Source: an uncultured delta proteobacterium (lineage in GTDB: Bacteria; Desulfobacterota; Desulfobacteria; Desulfobacterales; JAFDCJ01). Taken from it: a DNA stretch of 64,000 bases. The stretch is from contig CAVYNY010000032.1 in the NCBI GenBank assembly GCA_963769935.1, forward strand, positions 160,001 to 224,000. The letters run 5' to 3'. The notes under the pieces are model-generated. The model searched no databases and had not been told where the DNA came from. It saw only the letters and a program-made list of their open reading frames with translations. The translations under genes were made by a program, and so were the position numbers. Positions 59,388-64,000 of this stretch are shown here, one piece after another (within the stretch, counting starts at the first letter, position 1; each line of letters opens with the position of its first letter).

Positions 59388-59567
59388 GATCAATTTTCAA
59401 CTCAGTAAATTCTAAACCTTTTGCATTAAAAGTTTTTATATGACAATAAAATGCCAAATCTCAAGCACCAAATTATTTGCCCTGTTAATAATTCGCCAAA
59501 TGGCGTGACCGTCTTCGGCAGGAAGATTGCATTGTCCATCGCTGACAGCCGAGATTGTTTATATTTT

Positions 59568-59588
59568 GTGGGCAATGCCCACCCTACG
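59568..59588 (-). repeat. Single GTAG-type REP (CGTAGGGTGGGCATTGCCCAC)
   Basis: GTAG tetranucleotide followed by a short palindrome. Confidence 0.6.
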
Positions 59589-59695
59589 ATACAAAATTTT
59601 TGCAACGTTCGCATTTGAAACCAGGTAAATTTGACAGTCGGACGTTAGTCTGCTACTCGTAAGGCCATTTTTTCGTTATTTCAGCCGGCTAAGCA

Positions 59696-60619
59696 ATGCG
59701 TACTAAAGATCAAAATCGACAAATACAGCGTGCCCTGCTGCTGGGTCGAATTCTCGGCTCGGCGGCATACGTGATGGATACATCGCACCGGCGCATCGTC
59801 CGCCGAAATTTACGATTTGCATTTCCGGACTGGACCGGGGAACAGATCCGGCAGACAACCCGGCATGTTTTTCATCATCTGGGCGCCACCTTTGTGGAGG
59901 TTTGTCAGCTGGCGGTCGCGTCAAGGGACGATCTGACGGCGCGGGTTAAGGTTGTCGGCGCGGAGCGCTGGCAGCAGGCCCTCGCCGGCGACCGGGGGCT
60001 GATAATTGTGTCGGCCCACCTGGGAAACTGGGAAGTCGGGATGCAATACGCGGCGTGCTTCATGCAAAAACCCGCCCTTGGGATTGCCAAAAGAATCCGG
60101 TTTCAGCCCCTTAATCAATGGGTCCATAAACTGCGAACACGATTCGGCAATAAAATTATTTATAAAAAAGGCGCCTTGCCGGATATGCGCCGGGCCCTTC
60201 GCGGCGGCGGAGTTGTTGCCATGCTGGTTGACCAGAGCAGGCGCCGGGAGGGGGTTGAGGTAAATTTTTTTGGCCACAAAGTACCCACCACACCGGCAGC
60301 CGCATTTCTGGCCATACGATGCAAGAGCCCGGTTTTGCCGATCTTTTGCATCAGGGAAGCCGATGGTCAATTAACCATCCACGTGGATGCGCCCTTAAAT
60401 TTCGAGTGGACCGGCGATCTGCGCGCGGATGTTCAAACCAACACGCAGCTGATAACAGACGCGGTCGAGCGTGCAGTTCGCCAATATCCCGAGCAGTGGT
60501 TCTGGGTTCATAAACGCTGGAAGAAATATTATCCACATTTGTATCCCGAGTACCAGCTGCGGCGACAGCGACGAAAAGCCAGAGAGGAACGGCGGGAGAG
60601 CCGGCGAGCCGGCCCGTAG
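59696..60619 (+). CDS. Lipid A late acyltransferase (LpxL/HtrB family)
   Basis: NLRFAFP, SAHLGNWE, LVDQ, FFG, PEQWFWVHKRWK. Confidence 0.88.
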   Translation: MRTKDQNRQIQRALLLGRILGSAAYVMDTSHRRIVRRNLRFAFPDWTGEQIRQTTRHVFHHLGATFVEVCQLAVASRDDLTARVKVVGAERWQQALAGDRGLIIVSAHLGNWEVGMQYAACFMQKPALGIAKRIRFQPLNQWVHKLRTRFGNKIIYKKGALPDMRRALRGGGVVAMLVDQSRRREGVEVNFFGHKVPTTPAAAFLAIRCKSPVLPIFCIREADGQLTIHVDAPLNFEWTGDLRADVQTNTQLITDAVERAVRQYPEQWFWVHKRWKKYYPHLYPEYQLRRQRRKAREERRESRRAGP

Positions 60620-61091
60620 GTCATAGCTCATAGCTGATAGGTTGGAGGATAAAGGCTAATGGTTAAGGGCTAAAGGTAAAAGGTTAAGGGCTAAAGGAGA
60701 AAGGCGAACGGCTTACGGTGCAGGGAATCGATGATGGAGGTATGAGGTTGGAGGCGGGGCCTTCGGCTGGATGAGGTTTGAGGTTAGAGGTTGGAGGCAG
60801 GAGATACAAGGTGCAGGGAATTGATGGTGGAGGTTGGAGGCAAAAGATACAAGGTGCAGGGCTTACAGGGCCAGCTGATAGTTGATTGGTTTGACTGACG
60901 GATGGGTTCCCTGAATGCTCATGAGCTTTGATGCTCACGAACTTACGAGCTCACGAACTTCAGCAGCTTGCCTACCACGCAGCTTCTCCGCTTCTCCGCT
61001 TCTCTCCCAGCTTCTCCGCTTCTCAGCTTCTCCGCTTCTCAACTTCTCATCTTCTCGGTTTCCCAGCCTCCAACCTCTTACTCCTGACACA
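60617..61091. repeat. Modular repeat array (GCTCATA, AAAGGT, GGTGCAGGGAAT core x2, GCTTCTCC octamers)
   Basis: Shares modules with 48704-48949 and 55794-56217. Confidence 0.85.
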
Positions 61092-61105
61092 GGTTATTTA
61101 AATCT

Positions 61106-62257
61106 ATGCGGAACCTCAAGATATTACACCTGCTCAGCAACTGGAAGTGGACCGAGATATCCGAGCCCGCCGTTGATTTGGCATTGGCCCAAATGAAACT
61201 GGGTGCTGAAATCGAATTTGTGTGTGGCCGGGGTCCCGCCGATCGATCCAAACGCCGCGTTGATTACAATGCCCGTCTAAAAAAACTGGACTCGATTCAG
61301 GTGCTGGAAATGCCCAAGCATTTCAGTGTTCTTGCCGCGTATAAGGATTGTATTAATTTGCGTTCCATGCGGAAACGATTTCAGCCGGATGTCATCCATT
61401 GCCATAAAGCCAACGCCCACCTGATGGGATTCCTGAGCAGAGGTATTTCAAAACCCCCTGTAATTGTGAGAAGCTGTTATGATCCCGAAGGTCCTCAGCA
61501 TGATATGAGGTCCAGGTTGTTGTATAAATTCGGCACCGAGGGAATGGTGGTCATCAATGAAAAAAGTAAGCAAACGGCTGTTGCCTGCAATGGATTATCG
61601 TCAGAAACCGTGCAGGTAATTGAGCCGGGTATCGACCTGGATCGATTTTCCCCCCAGCGCCAAATTTCGCAAGATCGAAGCGTATTTGGGTTAAAACAGG
61701 ATGCCTTTGTGGTCGGGATGGTCAGCCGCATCAGAGACAGTCGTCGCTTGGATATGCCTTTGAAGGCCATCCATGCGCTGGCCGGAACGCATCCGCACCT
61801 TCAGATGCTGCTGGTCGGACGGGGGCGGGAAGGGGCGGTGGAAATGGTGGTGGAAAAGCCGGCGCGGGAAATGGACATTTTGGATAGAATTGTCATGGCG
61901 GGATACTGTGAAGGCGATCGTCTTGTCGCCGCCTACCGTGCCATGGATGTTCTGGTCTATCCGACTCCCGGTTCGGACAAATCCTGCCGGACCGTACGGG
62001 AAGCCATGGCTGCCGGCAAACCGGTTGTAGCGCCGGGAATCGGTTTTTTGCCCGAACTCATCGAGGACCATGTTACCGGCCGACGGATGGCTTCTTCCTG
62101 GGAAAGCTTGGCCGATATTCTCACAGAACTTATGCCGGATAAAAATAAGCTGCGCGGCATGGGACAGCAGGCCCTTGAATGCGCCGCCCGGCGGTTTGCA
62201 CCGGATCTGCAGGCCCGGAAAACGTTAGACTTTTATCAGCGCTTGCTGAAAGGATAG
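61106..62257 (+). CDS. GT4 glycosyltransferase
   Basis: PDVIHCH, PGIDLDRF, REAMAAGKPVV. Confidence 0.85.
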   Translation: MRNLKILHLLSNWKWTEISEPAVDLALAQMKLGAEIEFVCGRGPADRSKRRVDYNARLKKLDSIQVLEMPKHFSVLAAYKDCINLRSMRKRFQPDVIHCHKANAHLMGFLSRGISKPPVIVRSCYDPEGPQHDMRSRLLYKFGTEGMVVINEKSKQTAVACNGLSSETVQVIEPGIDLDRFSPQRQISQDRSVFGLKQDAFVVGMVSRIRDSRRLDMPLKAIHALAGTHPHLQMLLVGRGREGAVEMVVEKPAREMDILDRIVMAGYCEGDRLVAAYRAMDVLVYPTPGSDKSCRTVREAMAAGKPVVAPGIGFLPELIEDHVTGRRMASSWESLADILTELMPDKNKLRGMGQQALECAARRFAPDLQARKTLDFYQRLLKG

Positions 62258-62440
62258 AAGGCCGGAAGGCTCGCCGGCTGGGAAACATTCCAGCATTCCA
62301 GCTTCCTCGCTGCCCACCTTCTCAACTTCTCGTCTTCTCAACTTCTCGTCTTCTCAACTTCTCGTCTTCTCAACTTCTCAACTTCTGATTTTTCTTATCT
62401 TCTTATCTTCTCACCTTCCCAACTCCCCAGCCTCCCTGCT
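62257..62440. repeat. Octamer tandem repeats (CTTCTCAA/CTTCTCGT) between convergent genes
   Basis: (tctcaacttctcgtct)x3 and related runs. Confidence 0.85.
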
Positions 62441-62448
62441 TTCAATGT

Positions 62449-63174
62449 CTAACCGGCCGACCGGAACCAGGGGATCACATAATATTTGTAGAGTTGGAGC
62501 GGCGTCGAACGCCGACCCCAGTTCACGCGCGGCAGGCGGAAGGGATCGATATTGGTCGAGACGAGTTTCTTCTTCCGGGTAGTAAATGCCAGTTTGTAGC
62601 CGGCCTCTTTGACTTTTTGGACGGCTGACTGCGTTGTTGCACCCCATGGATACGAAAAATAGGGAACTTCTATGTTGAGAGATTCCTCCAGCCGGTCTTT
62701 TGCCGGGCGTAATTCCTGCCACAACTCATCGGCCTGCAGGCGGGTCAGATCACGGTGGTTGTAACCGTGGGCACCGATTTCGACCAGTCCGGTCTTCAGC
62801 ATCGTTTTTAGCTGCTCGAGATCAAGGTGGCGGCGCATCTGTCCTGAGGGGTGCTTCGAAAAGCGGCTCTTGCGGCCGATGAAACCGGCGATAACAAATA
62901 TGGTAATGGGAATCGCTTGCTGTTCCAAATGGGCAAATACGTTTTCGAAAATTGAAACGAGGGCGTCGTCGAAGGTCAGGACGGCAGCGCGCTTAGGGAT
63001 CGTTTTTTCCCCCTGAAGCCAGGCTAGAAACCGGGTCATGGGGATAAATTGAACTCCCAGGCGGTTTAACCATCGCAGCTGGTGCAAAAACGCGTCAAGA
63101 TCAATGGTGCCCCGCTGCTTTTCGCCGGGCGCCAGCGGAATCACATTATGGCAGGTGTAGACGACACAGCTCAT
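62449..63174 (-). CDS. Polysaccharide deacetylase (CE4) family protein
   Basis: LTFDD, IGAHGYNH, FSYPWG, AGYKLAFT, LPR. Confidence 0.88.
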   Translation of the reverse strand: MSCVVYTCHNVIPLAPGEKQRGTIDLDAFLHQLRWLNRLGVQFIPMTRFLAWLQGEKTIPKRAAVLTFDDALVSIFENVFAHLEQQAIPITIFVIAGFIGRKSRFSKHPSGQMRRHLDLEQLKTMLKTGLVEIGAHGYNHRDLTRLQADELWQELRPAKDRLEESLNIEVPYFSYPWGATTQSAVQKVKEAGYKLAFTTRKKKLVSTNIDPFRLPRVNWGRRSTPLQLYKYYVIPWFRSAG

Positions 63175-64000
63175 AATTTGCGCAGCCCGTTTTTGCAGGT
63201 AACTTCAGGATCCGGCCGCTTGAAATACGGGTGTTCATTTAAATTGAGGATTTGCGGGGCGGTGCGCCATTTTTCCACCCGATGGTACAAATGATACGTG
63301 CGGGCTTTGGAGTGCAGCGGGACTGCCCGGAACGATCCCTTGACAAGGCGGTTGCGGATGTCGGAATCGCTCTTGTTGTATCCATCGTAATTTTCGTCAT
63401 AGCCGTTGATTTTTTCAAATACGTCCCGATTGATCGCACAGTTTCCGCCCCAGATTTTGGGTTTGCGAACTTTAAATGCGTGGTAAAACCTGCTTTTCCA
63501 GTAGCGTTTAAAATTGCGGGTGGCCGTCCCCTTTTTTTGATTTCGCAGCTGAGCGGCCCCGGTCCAGAATTCCTGCGGTGCAAAAGACCGGAAATTCGCC
63601 AGCGCAGCCTCTGTAAACTGCCGGGTCAGATAGTAGACGCCGCCGAGGTAAAAAGCCTCCGGCGCTGAATGGGCTGCGTAAGTGGCCAGAAGATTTGCGG
63701 CCGGCAGACAATCGCTGTCCAGAAATATTAAAATGTCGCCGCCGGCCTTCCGGCTGGCCTGATTGAGAATGAACGCCCGTCTGTACATCCGGTGTTCGTG
63801 CCAACAATGTTGGATTTCGGGCGCTGCATGGTTTGAACGGGCTTCTGATATCACCTGCGGTGTATGGTCGGTCGATCCGTCATCGGCGACGATAATTTGC
63901 CAGTGGCCTTTATAGTCCTGGGCGGCAAGGCATGCCAGGCTGAGGCGCAAATAGTCGGCCCGGTTGTAGGTTGCCACCAGGACCGATATGGAGGGAAGCT
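63171..64000 (-). CDS. GT2 glycosyltransferase (5' end outside the window)
   Basis: ISVLVATYNR, VADDGSTD, FLDSD, INGYDE; frame open to the window edge. Confidence 0.85.
   Translation of the reverse strand, partial: LPSISVLVATYNRADYLRLSLACLAAQDYKGHWQIIVADDGSTDHTPQVISEARSNHAAPEIQHCWHEHRMYRRAFILNQASRKAGGDILIFLDSDCLPAANLLATYAAHSAPEAFYLGGVYYLTRQFTEAALANFRSFAPQEFWTGAAQLRNQKKGTATRNFKRYWKSRFYHAFKVRKPKIWGGNCAINRDVFEKINGYDENYDGYNKSDSDIRNRLVKGSFRAVPLHSKARTYHLYHRVEKWRTAPQILNLNEHPYFKRPDPEVTCKNGLRKL

Noticed and set aside
55794..61091. CRISPR array
   Set aside because: Repeats are degenerate and irregularly spaced, spacers are low-complexity, and no cas genes are present
114..63807. Many antisense or overlapping ORFs and ORFs across repeats (e.g. 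114-365, 3683-3880, 11711-12625, 48720-49223, 55955-56152, 60915-61196)
   Set aside because: They are shadows of well-supported genes or translations of repeat DNA with no protein motifs

Overview
Bacterial chromosomal window. Gene content and the intergenic repeat style suggest an anaerobic Desulfobacterota/Desulfobacterales-like organism (inference). No rRNA, tRNA, CRISPR array, transposase or integrase was recognised. There are three parts. (1) 0.2-23.7 kb is a catabolic island. A LIV-type binding protein is divergent from an operon of MoaD/ThiS, a 2x[4Fe-4S] protein, an orphan MetV-like protein, an EutA-like ATPase without eutBC, a URO-D/MtaA-fold methyltransferase, a corrinoid protein and a frameshifted acyl-CoA ligase. 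Next come a GntR regulator and an acyl-CoA ligase/LIV-ABC/DUF169 block, then an IclR regulator divergent from a small Cys-rich protein, a W/Mo aldehyde:ferredoxin oxidoreductase and a polyferredoxin. Both ends share a 16-bp palindrome GTTCA-N6-TGAAC (4 copies, 2 identical), suggesting one IclR regulon. The best candidate for an undescribed system is the EutA-like ATPase + Fe-S proteins + corrinoid methyltransferase module, possibly a new type of corrinoid (re)activation linked to AOR. (2) 23.7-44.1 kb holds mixed genes: hcp with HcpR-like boxes, OsmC, a hybrid kinase, a GlcD-like oxidase, RluA, tesB, an archaeal-type riboflavin kinase, a HAD hydrolase, ggt, a SolA-like oxidase and several gene relics. 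(3) 44.5-64 kb is an LPS core/lipid A cluster that includes a B12-dependent radical SAM enzyme and a sulfotransferase. Most long intergenic gaps hold families of 7/8-mer tandem repeats arranged as inverted arms, or dispersed MITE/REP-like elements.
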